Below are positions 1-8,909 of a DNA stretch of 63,721 nt, piece after piece. The position numbers and the translations under genes were made by a program. Location of the stretch: IMG/VR virus record IMGVR_UViG_3300024351_000643, positions 1-63,721 of that record. The stretch is one strand, 5' to 3'. The DNA comes from a virus. Taxonomy: Duplodnaviria > Caudoviricetes. Numbering within the stretch: the stretch's first letter is position 1; every line of letters starts with the position of its first letter. Under the pieces are notes generated by a model that was given only the letters and a program-made list of their open reading frames with translations, did no database searches and had not been told where the DNA came from.

Positions 1-184
1 CTGAACCAAGTACGTTGAAGAACATCTTATCATTTTCTGATTGTGCTCCTACTGGTTGTGTAACAAATAAAAGACCGTATAAAATTCCTACTGCTGTAAG
101 AAACAAAATAGAACCTAATGTGATTCCCAAAATAAATTTTAATCTAGCATCTAGATCTTGCGGAGTTAATCTTTCCTTAGCCAT
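1..184 (-). CDS. Partial membrane protein (MAKERLTPQDLDARLKFILGITLGSILFLTAVGILYGLLFV...), runs off the window; not in ORF track
   Basis: Manual translation; ATG at 184 overlaps the end of the upstream lipoprotein gene; long hydrophobic helix. Confidence 0.75.
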   Translation of the reverse strand, partial: MAKERLTPQDLDARLKFILGITLGSILFLTAVGILYGLLFVTQPVGAQSENDKMFFNVLGS

Positions 185-398
185 TCTTTACCTTTGATTT
201 CTGATACTCATCCCATACTGTTTTACCAACTAGATCTCTTGAACATGTTCCAGATGGCTCACAAATTGGTGGGTTGCACTCTGCTAACTCCCAATTTGCT
301 GGGTCCTGGCAGGAATAACGATAGCTTCCCTGAAACCCACAAGAGGTAAGGGTAACGGCTAACATCAAGCTTGCCAATGAGGCTTTAATTTTTCTCAT
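177..398 (-). CDS. Small Cys-rich lipoprotein
   Basis: Basic N-terminus, hydrophobic stretch, lipobox LTSC; TGCTATAAT 6 nt upstream of ATG. Confidence 0.7.
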   Translation of the reverse strand: MRKIKASLASLMLAVTLTSCGFQGSYRYSCQDPANWELAECNPPICEPSGTCSRDLVGKTVWDEYQKSKVKNG

Positions 399-416
399 AG
401 ATATATTATAGCATTT

Positions 417-611
417 CTATTCTTCTTTTCGAAGTGGTATAGTTATTAGCCATATAGCCGTAGCAACAATAGTAGCAATTCCAACTACATCTTGAGCAGT
501 CCCAGTAAGGGTTAGCCAAGCAATAAAGAAGCCAAGAAGGGTCCAAACTTGAGCTATACTCTCTTTAACAGCCTCCCAAAGCCAGCTAAATAAGCCTTTG
601 ATTATTTTCAT
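417..611 (-). CDS. Small two-TM membrane protein
   Basis: Two hydrophobic helices; TAATG coupling to the upstream gene. Confidence 0.7.
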   Translation of the reverse strand: MKIIKGLFSWLWEAVKESIAQVWTLLGFFIAWLTLTGTAQDVVGIATIVATAIWLITIPLRKEE

Positions 612-2605
612 TACGTCCTCCTTGTCATGGCTGCTGCCACAATATTACCTGCAATAATTACTGGCACAATTACTTCCTGCGCCTTTTCTCTTTGGTCATC
701 AGTCATGTCTGACCCCCAATTTGAAATATCAAACAATTCTTCTAAATTAATATCTGTTAATGCTCCGATTGGATCAGCCAAAAACGCTTCTGTGGCAACT
801 TCAGTAGTTGCATCTGCTAATGTATATGGCATAGGAGCCTGTGCATTCTCTTTAATTCTATCACCGAATTCTTCAAGGGCTTTTGCAACTGTTGGTTCTG
901 CCGCTGCTAATGCAGCAACCTTTGCTAATTCTTCTGTTTTAATTCCAAGACCCTGTGCTACTGCAGACTTTTGTTCTGGAGTTAATTTAGTTAATGTATC
1001 TTTACTTGTTAAATCTGCAATTAGATTTGCTGTCTCTTCTGTGATAACATTAGGTCGTGATGGTTTTTCAGAAGGTTCAGCAGGATTTGGCTCTGGTTCA
1101 GGAGTTGGCTCTGGATCTATATCCGATGGCAGAGGTGAAGGCTCAACAGTGGGCTCTGGATCAACAGTTGGTTCTGGCGTTGGTTCATCTGTGGTATCAG
1201 AACTTGGCTCTGGAGTGGGATCGACTGGTTTTGTTTGCTCAGGCGATGGCTCAGGAGAAGGCTCAGGCGTAGGAGCAATCGTTGGTTCTGGTGTAGGCTG
1301 TGGTTGATTTGCCATAGCTGCTGCGATTGCTGCTTGAACTCTTTGCTGCTCTTCTATTTGCCAAGTAGAATTATATGAATCCCAAGCATCATCTATTGCA
1401 TTATTCATATCAATAATTGATTGATCATATATTGCAATTGCGTTATTTTTATTTGATAATGCTGTTGTGAGGTTTGATTGAGCAGTTGTAAGGTTTTGCT
1501 CTTTTGTTGTGAGGTTTTGATTGGCAGTTGTTAGGTTTTGAACCTCTTGATTATATATAGATAATTTATCATTACGTACTTCTAATTTAGTGTTATAAGT
1601 TTGTTGTGCTACTACTTGTGCCTGTTGTGCAGAAGCTAAATTGTCTAGCTGTTGCTGTGTTGCGCCAGACCCATAGGAAAATGTATTTAAATTACAGCTA
1701 AATCCTACACCCCAGCCTCCAGTATAAGCACATCCTGCACCAGTCCACCCACCTGGAATTGACCAACCAAGGTGATAGGATCCTGGTCCTCCGCCGTTAT
1801 ACCACCATATTTCTACATCTAAAGTTTTATCTTGGCTTACATTATATATTGGAGAATATGCGCTCCACGTAGCGCCTTGTTCAACCCAGTTATTTATTGC
1901 AAGGTTGCCATCTACGTACATTTTAAATCCATCGTCTGTATACCCAGCAAAATATACACTTGTCCAACTTGATGGAACTGTAATTTTACCAGTAAATTTA
2001 ACAACAATGTCTTCGTAGTATCCGCAAACTGGAAGATTCATAGAGTTTGAATTCCATACACCAGTACATATAACAGAGCCAGGTACAGCTATATGCTGTC
2101 CATTAACATAACCATCTCTTAATAAATGATACACGGTATACTGAAGCCCTGCTGACCCAGCACTATTTACTGCCGATTGAGCTGTTTGAAGATTTGAATT
2201 TGCTGTATTTAAATTAATTGTGGCTACATCTAGTTCATCTTGAGCATTGTTTTTATTTGTTAATGCGGTAGCAACTGTTGCAGTTTGACCATCTACTGCA
2301 TTTTGTGCTGCTGTTTTTTCAGATAAGGCTGTTGCTTCAGCCTCAACTGCAGCATCATAAGCAGTAATTTTGCTATCTCTATCTGCCTTTGCAGCAACCG
2401 CTGAATCATATTTAGATTCTGCTATATCTATTAAATCTCTTGTGGCTTGCTCTTCATTAAGTCCGCCAACTTTTTCATTTAATTCCGCTATTTCTTGAGC
2501 GGCAATGCTTAATGGGTCATCGCTATAGGAAGCGGGTGTGAGAAATAGCCAACCAAACCCTAAAATGGCGGCTAAAGATAATCTCCATAACTTAGTCCTA
2601 GTCAA
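611..2605 (-). CDS. Secreted/anchored protein: signal peptide, coiled coil, PA14 domain, Pro-Glu-Thr linker, hydrophobic C-terminus
   Basis: PA14 motifs (VKFTGKI, YTDDGFKMYVDG, WWYNGGG); PEPT/PEPS linker; TTG start with AGGAG. Confidence 0.75.
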   Translation of the reverse strand: MTRTKLWRLSLAAILGFGWLFLTPASYSDDPLSIAAQEIAELNEKVGGLNEEQATRDLIDIAESKYDSAVAAKADRDSKITAYDAAVEAEATALSEKTAAQNAVDGQTATVATALTNKNNAQDELDVATINLNTANSNLQTAQSAVNSAGSAGLQYTVYHLLRDGYVNGQHIAVPGSVICTGVWNSNSMNLPVCGYYEDIVVKFTGKITVPSSWTSVYFAGYTDDGFKMYVDGNLAINNWVEQGATWSAYSPIYNVSQDKTLDVEIWWYNGGGPGSYHLGWSIPGGWTGAGCAYTGGWGVGFSCNLNTFSYGSGATQQQLDNLASAQQAQVVAQQTYNTKLEVRNDKLSIYNQEVQNLTTANQNLTTKEQNLTTAQSNLTTALSNKNNAIAIYDQSIIDMNNAIDDAWDSYNSTWQIEEQQRVQAAIAAAMANQPQPTPEPTIAPTPEPSPEPSPEQTKPVDPTPEPSSDTTDEPTPEPTVDPEPTVEPSPLPSDIDPEPTPEPEPNPAEPSEKPSRPNVITEETANLIADLTSKDTLTKLTPEQKSAVAQGLGIKTEELAKVAALAAAEPTVAKALEEFGDRIKENAQAPMPYTLADATTEVATEAFLADPIGALTDINLEELFDISNWGSDMTDDQREKAQEVIVPVIIAGNIVAAAMTRRT

Positions 2606-2656
2606 CTATAACTCCTAAACAAACACTTTGTTTGTTTAGTTAATTATATCATTGAA

Positions 2657-2845
2657 CTATTTAGCGTTATCTGTTTTATAAAAACCGTTTCCCTTAAACT
2701 GTATTCCAAAAGAAGAAAATGTCCTTACCATTTTTGCATCGCATTCCTCGCAACTGTAACCTGGATCATCCTCTGATATCGATCTAGTTACAGAAAGCAA
2801 TGCATGAGATTCATCTTCACTACACTTATACTCATATACTGGCAT
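2657..2845 (-). CDS. FmdB-family zinc-ribbon protein
   Basis: MPVYEYKC...CEEC...FKGNGFYKTD signature. Confidence 0.85.
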   Translation of the reverse strand: MPVYEYKCSEDESHALLSVTRSISEDDPGYSCEECDAKMVRTFSSFGIQFKGNGFYKTDNAK

Positions 2846-3057
2846 TATTTTCTACCCCACTGAGTTTTATCCCAGCCTCTTTCGTGCAGATAGTAAAGAA
2901 TTGTCTTTGTGATAACCTCAAGCCCAGCAATTGATGCTGCAGTTATGGGCTTATGCGTAATTAGATATGACAAAATAAATGTGTCAGCTGTACCAATTAT
3001 TCTCCAGCTTATTGCTTTTGCTGCTGATCTTGCTCTAGTTACTGTCATGAAGGCCAC
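2845..3057 (-). CDS. DUF2061-family membrane protein
   Basis: RSAAKAISWRIIGT...YYLHERGW signature. Confidence 0.8.
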   Translation of the reverse strand: MAFMTVTRARSAAKAISWRIIGTADTFILSYLITHKPITAASIAGLEVITKTILYYLHERGWDKTQWGRK

Positions 3058-3078
3058 TCCATGTTATCCACACCAAGC

Positions 3079-3840
3079 TTAGATACCCATTTCTTTACGC
3101 TTTTGAGTAGCTGATATAGCTTCGATTTTATCATCAAGCTTAACTTGCTCAATCTTATACCCCACATCTCTTCCATATACGATATTGGTTATATTAGGAA
3201 GTCTTAATACCATTGCATCTTTCATGTATTCATCTTTATCTATATAGCTTTTTACTTCATCAAACTTTAATGGATCCTTTTCACTAGTATTGTATGTATT
3301 TCTTACACCTAGCAAAACCTGTTTTGTTCTCTTGCCAGCCTCTTCGTACAGAGCATGATGTCCTTCATGCCACGGTTGGTACCTGCCTAGCATTAGTGTT
3401 GTTGGGGCAGACCAGTCGTGGAGACCAAACTGATTGATAATTGTTGATGCTTTTTGATCAGGATCAAGTAAATGACTTGGGAATCCAATGTCATATTCTG
3501 ATGGCTCTTCAAACATCTTATTGGTATCTTCAAATCTTCCTTGCTGAATTGTATACATGTAAACAAGAATATCTGGCTTACCAAAAGCCTCTCTTGTTTC
3601 TTTTGTTGGGCATACAAAGTCTACAATTACTGGAGCAACTCCCTGATTCGCAATAAGTCTTGCCATTTCCCCCATGCGTCTTGCTTGTTCAATTCTATCT
3701 TCTTTTGTAAATCCTAGATCTGAATTTACTGTAGCACGTACTTCATCTGCGTTTAGATGAATTGCATTAATTCTTTCTTTCAAAGCTTTAGCAAGAAATG
3801 TTTTGCCAGAACCTGGTAGCCCTATAATTTGTATGATCAT
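3079..3840 (-). CDS. cysC: Adenylyl-sulfate (APS) kinase fused to an HxGH nucleotidyltransferase domain
   Basis: GLPGSGKT P-loop, LNADEVR, DLGFTKEDRIEQARR; C-terminal GRYQPWHEGH. Confidence 0.8.
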   Translation of the reverse strand: MIIQIIGLPGSGKTFLAKALKERINAIHLNADEVRATVNSDLGFTKEDRIEQARRMGEMARLIANQGVAPVIVDFVCPTKETREAFGKPDILVYMYTIQQGRFEDTNKMFEEPSEYDIGFPSHLLDPDQKASTIINQFGLHDWSAPTTLMLGRYQPWHEGHHALYEEAGKRTKQVLLGVRNTYNTSEKDPLKFDEVKSYIDKDEYMKDAMVLRLPNITNIVYGRDVGYKIEQVKLDDKIEAISATQKRKEMGI

Positions 3841-3856
3841 TTATAATCTTTCTGTT

Positions 3857-3936
3857 TGGTGAGCAGTTTATTCACATGCTCAGGTGAATCCTAAGGCGTA
3901 ACTATTGCCCGTGTCTCTCCGAACTCGGATCGACAC
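3857..3936 (-). ncRNA. Candidate structured leader RNA with an H-type pseudoknot
   Basis: Two hairpins plus ATTCAC/GTGAAT and TGAGCA/TGCTCA stems, directly after TATAAT at 3941-3946. Confidence 0.55.
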
Positions 3937-3948
3937 TACAATTATACC

Positions 3949-4368
3949 TTACTTGATTTTAATTGTCTTTGGCTTCTTTTCTTCTGGAACAATGCGTTCT
4001 ACTGTAATAGAAAGCATTCCGTTTTTAAATTCAGCCGAAGTTACTTCCATATATTCACCAAGCGCAAATGTGCGTGTGAATTTACGTGTAGCAATTCCCT
4101 TGTGTAGGGCTTCAGAAGCATCCTCTGTTCCAATTTCACCTTTAATAATAAGTGTTCCATTATCTACAGATACTTCTACATCTTTCTTATCAAACCCAGC
4201 CAGAGCTAGGTCGACACGAAATACATCATCCTCGACCTTAAAAATGTTATAAGGCGGATATGATTGATTAATTGCTGCTGTGTGAACTGAATTTAAACGG
4301 TCCAATGTATGATTGAAACCAATAAAGAAAGGATCATTAAAAAGATCCAAAGTACGAGTTAGTACCAT
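3949..4368 (-). CDS. Small heat-shock protein (Hsp20/IbpA-like)
   Basis: YPPYNI, LALAGF, HKGIATRKFTRTF, NGMLSI motifs. Confidence 0.95.
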   Translation of the reverse strand: MVLTRTLDLFNDPFFIGFNHTLDRLNSVHTAAINQSYPPYNIFKVEDDVFRVDLALAGFDKKDVEVSVDNGTLIIKGEIGTEDASEALHKGIATRKFTRTFALGEYMEVTSAEFKNGMLSITVERIVPEEKKPKTIKIK

Positions 4369-4421
4369 TTTATTCCTCCTTTAAGCGAATAAATTAATAT
4401 GTGGGTCCCATATGGCAACCC
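4369..4421 (-). promoter_or_regulatory. Putative ROSE-like RNA thermometer in the hsp20 5' UTR
   Basis: TTTATTCGCTT can pair with AGGAGGAATAAA (SD); UCGCU motif; upstream hairpin; TGCTATAAT at 4428-4436. Confidence 0.55.
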
Positions 4422-4447
4422 ACATATATTATAGCAAATTTACTATA

Positions 4448-4855
4448 TTAGTGTCCAGATGCTTTCCTGGCTTTTGCAAGAACAGCAAAATCTTTTACCT
4501 TGGTCTCCCCCATATAGCTCCATGCATAGCCGTGCTCTATCATAATCTCGTTAATTGATTTTTCAGAACCGTCTATGTATATCCAGCCAAGTATTCTTCC
4601 ATATTTTTCAGAGGAATCTGGAAGTTCAGTTTTAATAACTATTGTTTGAGCGTCCTTGATATTTTTCTTCAAATATTCTTTTGATTCAAGACCTAACGTT
4701 TTTTCAAATTTATCAGAAGTTCTTGATTCTGGAGTATCAATTCCTGCAAGTCTAACTCTTTTTGACAACGAAATGTCAAACCCTAAATCAATGTCAACGT
4801 CAATTGTGTCTCCGTCTATAACACCTAATAATTTTTTTACACGATATTCGTACAT
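4448..4855 (-). CDS. Thermonuclease (SNase-like) family protein
   Basis: VIDGDTI, RVRLAGIDTPE, KYGRILG. Confidence 0.9.
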   Translation of the reverse strand: MYEYRVKKLLGVIDGDTIDVDIDLGFDISLSKRVRLAGIDTPESRTSDKFEKTLGLESKEYLKKNIKDAQTIVIKTELPDSSEKYGRILGWIYIDGSEKSINEIMIEHGYAWSYMGETKVKDFAVLAKARKASGH

Positions 4856-4863
4856 ATTTTCTC

Positions 4864-5916
4864 CTATATTCTACTATTGGATTCCAGCATAGACTGCGGT
4901 GAAACCTTTATAAATTTTGAATCTCTTCGTAAGGATTTGAGATCTTCGGCTCCGCAATAAGACATTCCGCTTTTAATATTATTAATTAGCTGTTGTATAG
5001 AATTTTTTACAGATCCTTTACTCTTTAGTATTCCTTCAGCTCCTTCGATATGAAGTCTGTCTATTGGAACATTTGCACCTTGAATTGTTTGAATTCCTAA
5101 AGAAGCTAACCCTCTAAATTTTAAATTTCCATCTTTATCTTTTTCACATTCTTCGTGGCCAGCAAAAAAATTACCCATCATAATTGCACTTGCTCCAGCA
5201 GCTAGGGCTTTTACTGCATCTCCATTATTTTTTATTCCTCCGTCTGATATCAAACCGTTATATTCATCTTGCTTGATTCTTTCGTAAATATCAATTACTG
5301 AACTTAAAACTGGCTGTCCGAACCCCGTTACAACTCTAGTTGTGCAAGCAGCTCCCCCGCCGATTCCAACTCTTACAGAATCTGCGCCAGCATCCATCAA
5401 ATCCCTGTAAGCCTCAAAAGAAGAAACATTGCCAGTCATTATATGGATGTGGGACGGACATAGCTCTCTTAAACCCTTAACTGCATTTACTGAAAAATCT
5501 GTATGTCCAAATGCAGTGTCTATTAATATTATTCTAACTCCTAATGATAATACTTTATCTATAAATTGTTTATCAACTGCCTCTGTATTACTGACAGAAA
5601 ATCCTATTCTATTAGGATATTTGCTATTTTTCATATGATATTCAATTTGCTCAAATCTAATTTCTGGAGCAGAAAATCTATGAACAAAAGCAATGCCTCC
5701 ATATTCAGTTATCTCTTCAACCATTTTTTTACTATTAATAAACTCCATAGGTGCGGACATAAATGGATTTGGCATATGTATTACAGCATCTGGATTTTTA
5801 GGATTTCCTAATTTTGTTTCAGCAGTAATATTTGATCTGCTTTTTATATTTGATCTAGATGGCAAAAGCAATATGTCATCAAAACATATATTGCTTACTG
5901 TTGTATCTAAATACAC
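4864..5916 (-). CDS. guaB: IMP dehydrogenase/GMP reductase family protein lacking CBS domains
   Basis: FDDILLLP, VRVGIGGGAACTTR, DGGIKNNGDAVKALAAGA, SGMSYCGA. Confidence 0.85.
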   Translation of the reverse strand: MYLDTTVSNICFDDILLLPSRSNIKSRSNITAETKLGNPKNPDAVIHMPNPFMSAPMEFINSKKMVEEITEYGGIAFVHRFSAPEIRFEQIEYHMKNSKYPNRIGFSVSNTEAVDKQFIDKVLSLGVRIILIDTAFGHTDFSVNAVKGLRELCPSHIHIMTGNVSSFEAYRDLMDAGADSVRVGIGGGAACTTRVVTGFGQPVLSSVIDIYERIKQDEYNGLISDGGIKNNGDAVKALAAGASAIMMGNFFAGHEECEKDKDGNLKFRGLASLGIQTIQGANVPIDRLHIEGAEGILKSKGSVKNSIQQLINNIKSGMSYCGAEDLKSLRRDSKFIKVSPQSMLESNSRI

Positions 5917-5919
5917 AAA

Positions 5920-6396
5920 TTAATCCTTTAGTGATTTCCAAGGATTCGGTGGAAGCTTCAAGCTTGACTCTAAAAACCAATTCCATTCTTGATGTTGACC
6001 CAACCTTGTTGATAAAAATTGAACTAACCCATGTTCTCTGTGAACAATTGCCTGCTCAATTAAAATTTTAATATCCTCAATCATGCGTTGATTAATTGGA
6101 ACTAAATGCTGAGCCATCTCTACACCGCAGTATGTATCTGGTTTTACATTACCCAAAGTTTGATTTTTTAAAAATTCTTCTAGAGTATAAGGAGCCTCAC
6201 CATTTAATCTTCTCAGCCAAACTGATACCTCATGGACAGCATTTTCTGCATCTTTATAAATTTCTTCGTATATAATTCTAGATTGTCTCATCAAAACAGA
6301 TTCAGTATTCCAATGAAATCCGTGTACTAGATGTGCAAAAATTATTGAATTTGCTTGAAACTCTTGCAATGATTTTATTAATTCATTTTTTTTCAT
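5920..6396 (-). CDS. dps: Dps/ferritin-like protein with a degenerate ferroxidase site
   Basis: HGFHWN motif; paralog of 7215..7664. Confidence 0.75.
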   Translation of the reverse strand: MKKNELIKSLQEFQANSIIFAHLVHGFHWNTESVLMRQSRIIYEEIYKDAENAVHEVSVWLRRLNGEAPYTLEEFLKNQTLGNVKPDTYCGVEMAQHLVPINQRMIEDIKILIEQAIVHREHGLVQFLSTRLGQHQEWNWFLESSLKLPPNPWKSLKD

Positions 6397-6405
6397 TTTT
6401 TTATC

Positions 6406-7203
6406 CTATCTAGAGTGCCAAGGGTTGGCTTTTGTAAACATTCCATCTAATTGGCGCTGATCTCTTCCAAATCCTCCAGTTACAGCATGAGCCAATTTAA
6501 ATAAGTCTGGTATCAAAAGGTCTCCTTTTTGCCATCTGTGAACTAACCTAATACCAGCATCTTCCCAAACAACCTTAAGAATATTTTTATGCAGAGTTTT
6601 GAACTGTTCTATTTGATCCTCTGTTGGACTTTCTCCATTAAACGTATACAGAGTTGTTGTTCCATAATCTCCTAAGAATGGCCTTAAAGTTTTTTCATTG
6701 GTTATCCAGTGTTTTTTTATATAGCTGTACTGATAATCTTTTCCTCTTGTATGCAAATTAACAATGCATTTGTCCAAAAAGTTTTTTTCTTCGTCAGACA
6801 ACCTACTATAAAAAGCAGTCATATCAACAAAACATGTGTTGCCTGTGTCATACTCACAGTCAAACTTTGTCATATTCCAAGTTGCACCATAGTAGGAATC
6901 ATTTTCAAGCTCTACCCATTCTATGTGCCACCCAAGCATCCATTCATCTTTTGTTGCAATGGATTGACCCATCATATGCTTATGATGGTCTTCTATATAG
7001 TCTGATCTATTTGGATTTTCAGTGTTTGGATACCATCCGAGATTATCTCCAAAAAATTTTGTAATATCTTCTTGCAAAGCAAAATCTGCATTTACATTTC
7101 TAAATGCTAAAATTTTTGAATCTAAAAATTTTTGCTTGTAATATGGGAAATTAGCTTTAATTTCTTCTAAACCAGGGAATTCTATAACCTCTATATACTG
7201 CAT
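6406..7203 (-). CDS. TauD/TfdA-family Fe(II)/2OG dioxygenase
   Basis: WHIE (HxE), GNTCFVDM, HRWQKGDLLIPD..LAH. Confidence 0.8.
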   Translation of the reverse strand: MQYIEVIEFPGLEEIKANFPYYKQKFLDSKILAFRNVNADFALQEDITKFFGDNLGWYPNTENPNRSDYIEDHHKHMMGQSIATKDEWMLGWHIEWVELENDSYYGATWNMTKFDCEYDTGNTCFVDMTAFYSRLSDEEKNFLDKCIVNLHTRGKDYQYSYIKKHWITNEKTLRPFLGDYGTTTLYTFNGESPTEDQIEQFKTLHKNILKVVWEDAGIRLVHRWQKGDLLIPDLFKLAHAVTGGFGRDQRQLDGMFTKANPWHSR

Positions 7204-7214
7204 ATTTATCCGTT

Positions 7215-7664
7215 CTAATTAATTGTTTGTTTTAAGCTTGCTTTAAGCCACCACTGCCATTTTTTATGGCTATTTTGTCTTTCAGAAATAAAATTAGCTA
7301 GGCCTTCTTCGCCTGCTTGTGTTGCTGCATTGAATAATGTTGTTAGGTCATTCAGCATTATTTCATTTGCATCAAATAAAATTTTTGTCATTGATATTGG
7401 AGAGTTGCTTGAGGTTAAAGTTTCTCCAATTGTTTGATTGACAATAAGCTGACTCAGTGTATACGGAGCCTGTGAATCAAATTTTCTTATCCATTCAGAT
7501 ATGACATCAATTGTGCTATCCACATCTTCATAGATTTTGCCAAAAAAATCGTGGTACTGTGTGAATAAAGGGCCTTCTACATTCCAATGAAATCCATGTG
7601 CTGCGCTGGACATAACAAAGGAATTGGCCTGCCATTTTTTAAGCAAATATATTAATTGATCCAT
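7215..7664 (-). CDS. dps: Dps DNA-protection/ferritin-like protein
   Basis: HGFHWNVEGPLFTQYH...IDVISE; HKKWQWWL. Confidence 0.9.
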   Translation of the reverse strand: MDQLIYLLKKWQANSFVMSSAAHGFHWNVEGPLFTQYHDFFGKIYEDVDSTIDVISEWIRKFDSQAPYTLSQLIVNQTIGETLTSSNSPISMTKILFDANEIMLNDLTTLFNAATQAGEEGLANFISERQNSHKKWQWWLKASLKQTIN

Positions 7665-7682
7665 TATTCTAGTATACCATTT

Positions 7683-8381
7683 CTATTGGTTTAAGGTTGG
7701 GTCTGAGGCTGTTGTTTTGGGCATTACTTTTCCCTCTTTCCACTCAGCCCTCTGCTGATATTGAATATCTTTTACAGAATCTTTGATTTTGTTTAAGTCT
7801 TCAGAATACTCAGAATCAATAAAATCATAAGATCCAAGCATCGTGTATCTCTCACCCTTTAAAACTTCTGTGACGGCATGAACATTCCCTATGCCGACAT
7901 CAAATACTACTACCGTTCCAGTCTTAGGCTTAATGGCTATATTGTGATCCCTAAAAGTTAACTTTCCGCCCTCATAATCATCGTTTAAATAAACTATAGA
8001 GACCAATTTGTTTTCTATCCATGCATTTGGTGTTCCATCTAATTCCGCATTATCTGCATGGTCTGCAGCAAAAGCACCTGGATCCCATTTGTGAGGGCTC
8101 AAACTAATTTGACGAAGCTCTCTTTCAAAAACTTTTTCTGCAAGATTCCATAATTTTAATTGAAAATTACGCAATTTCATTCCAGCTTCTGCTGATATTT
8201 GTTTTTGACCAGAGATTATGTACATTCCGTAAAAACAAGATGGAATCCAGTCTTCAAGGCTGTTCCAGTAATCCAATATATATTTGCACTCTGCTTCTGT
8301 AAAAACATTATGATATTCTACGATATCATGCTTATGCACAATCTCTACTAGATTACTGTTATGAACAACCTTTTCTTTCAT
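7683..8381 (-). CDS. 2OG-Fe(II) oxygenase, prolyl-4-hydroxylase-like
   Basis: HAD...YLNDDYEGG...HAV...RYT. Confidence 0.9.
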   Translation of the reverse strand: MKEKVVHNSNLVEIVHKHDIVEYHNVFTEAECKYILDYWNSLEDWIPSCFYGMYIISGQKQISAEAGMKLRNFQLKLWNLAEKVFERELRQISLSPHKWDPGAFAADHADNAELDGTPNAWIENKLVSIVYLNDDYEGGKLTFRDHNIAIKPKTGTVVVFDVGIGNVHAVTEVLKGERYTMLGSYDFIDSEYSEDLNKIKDSVKDIQYQQRAEWKEGKVMPKTTASDPTLNQ

Positions 8382-8396
8382 AAATACATTATACCA

Positions 8397-8909
8397 TTAC
8401 GCTGATAGAATCTTAGACAAGGCATTTATTGTTGCTGCAATTCTACCTATATCTCTTAATTGTTCTACAGAGTAACCCTCTTCTTTTAATGTTTCATAAT
8501 GTGCTTTAACGCAAAAATGACACTTTCCAATAATTGATGAAGCCAGGGAATAAGCCTCAAACTTTGCTTTTGTTGTTCCTCCGTGTGAGGCTATTGCATT
8601 CATTCTAAGTTGTGCAGGCAGTCCTTTAAGGCCTGCATCATCAGCCATCTCAATAAATGGATACCAAATATTATTTTGGGCCATGATAGAACCAGCTGTC
8701 AGGGCTGCATTTTTTTCAACTTCGTCTGATGCATTTGCTACAATAAATGCCAGAAGTTTAGAATTACCTGTGGCAAATGCTGCTGCAATTGAAAGATACG
8801 TAGCATGCTCTGGATCAATTGTTGATCTATTGATTACTGCATCAAGGTTTAACTTGATATCCTTAGCATATTCTGGAAGAGAATCCTTAAGCTGGTCTAC
8901 CCATGACAT
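8397..8909 (-). CDS. ahpD: Alkylhydroperoxidase AhpD (start refined to MSWVDQ)
   Basis: LPEYAKDIKLNL, MAQNNIWY, SIIGKCHFCVKAH; TAATG coupling to ahpC. Confidence 0.9.
   Translation of the reverse strand: MSWVDQLKDSLPEYAKDIKLNLDAVINRSTIDPEHATYLSIAAAFATGNSKLLAFIVANASDEVEKNAALTAGSIMAQNNIWYPFIEMADDAGLKGLPAQLRMNAIASHGGTTKAKFEAYSLASSIIGKCHFCVKAHYETLKEEGYSVEQLRDIGRIAATINALSKILSA

Noticed and set aside
627-1307. 226-aa plus-strand ORF and other plus-strand ORFs across the window
   Set aside because: They are antisense shadows of well-supported minus-strand genes
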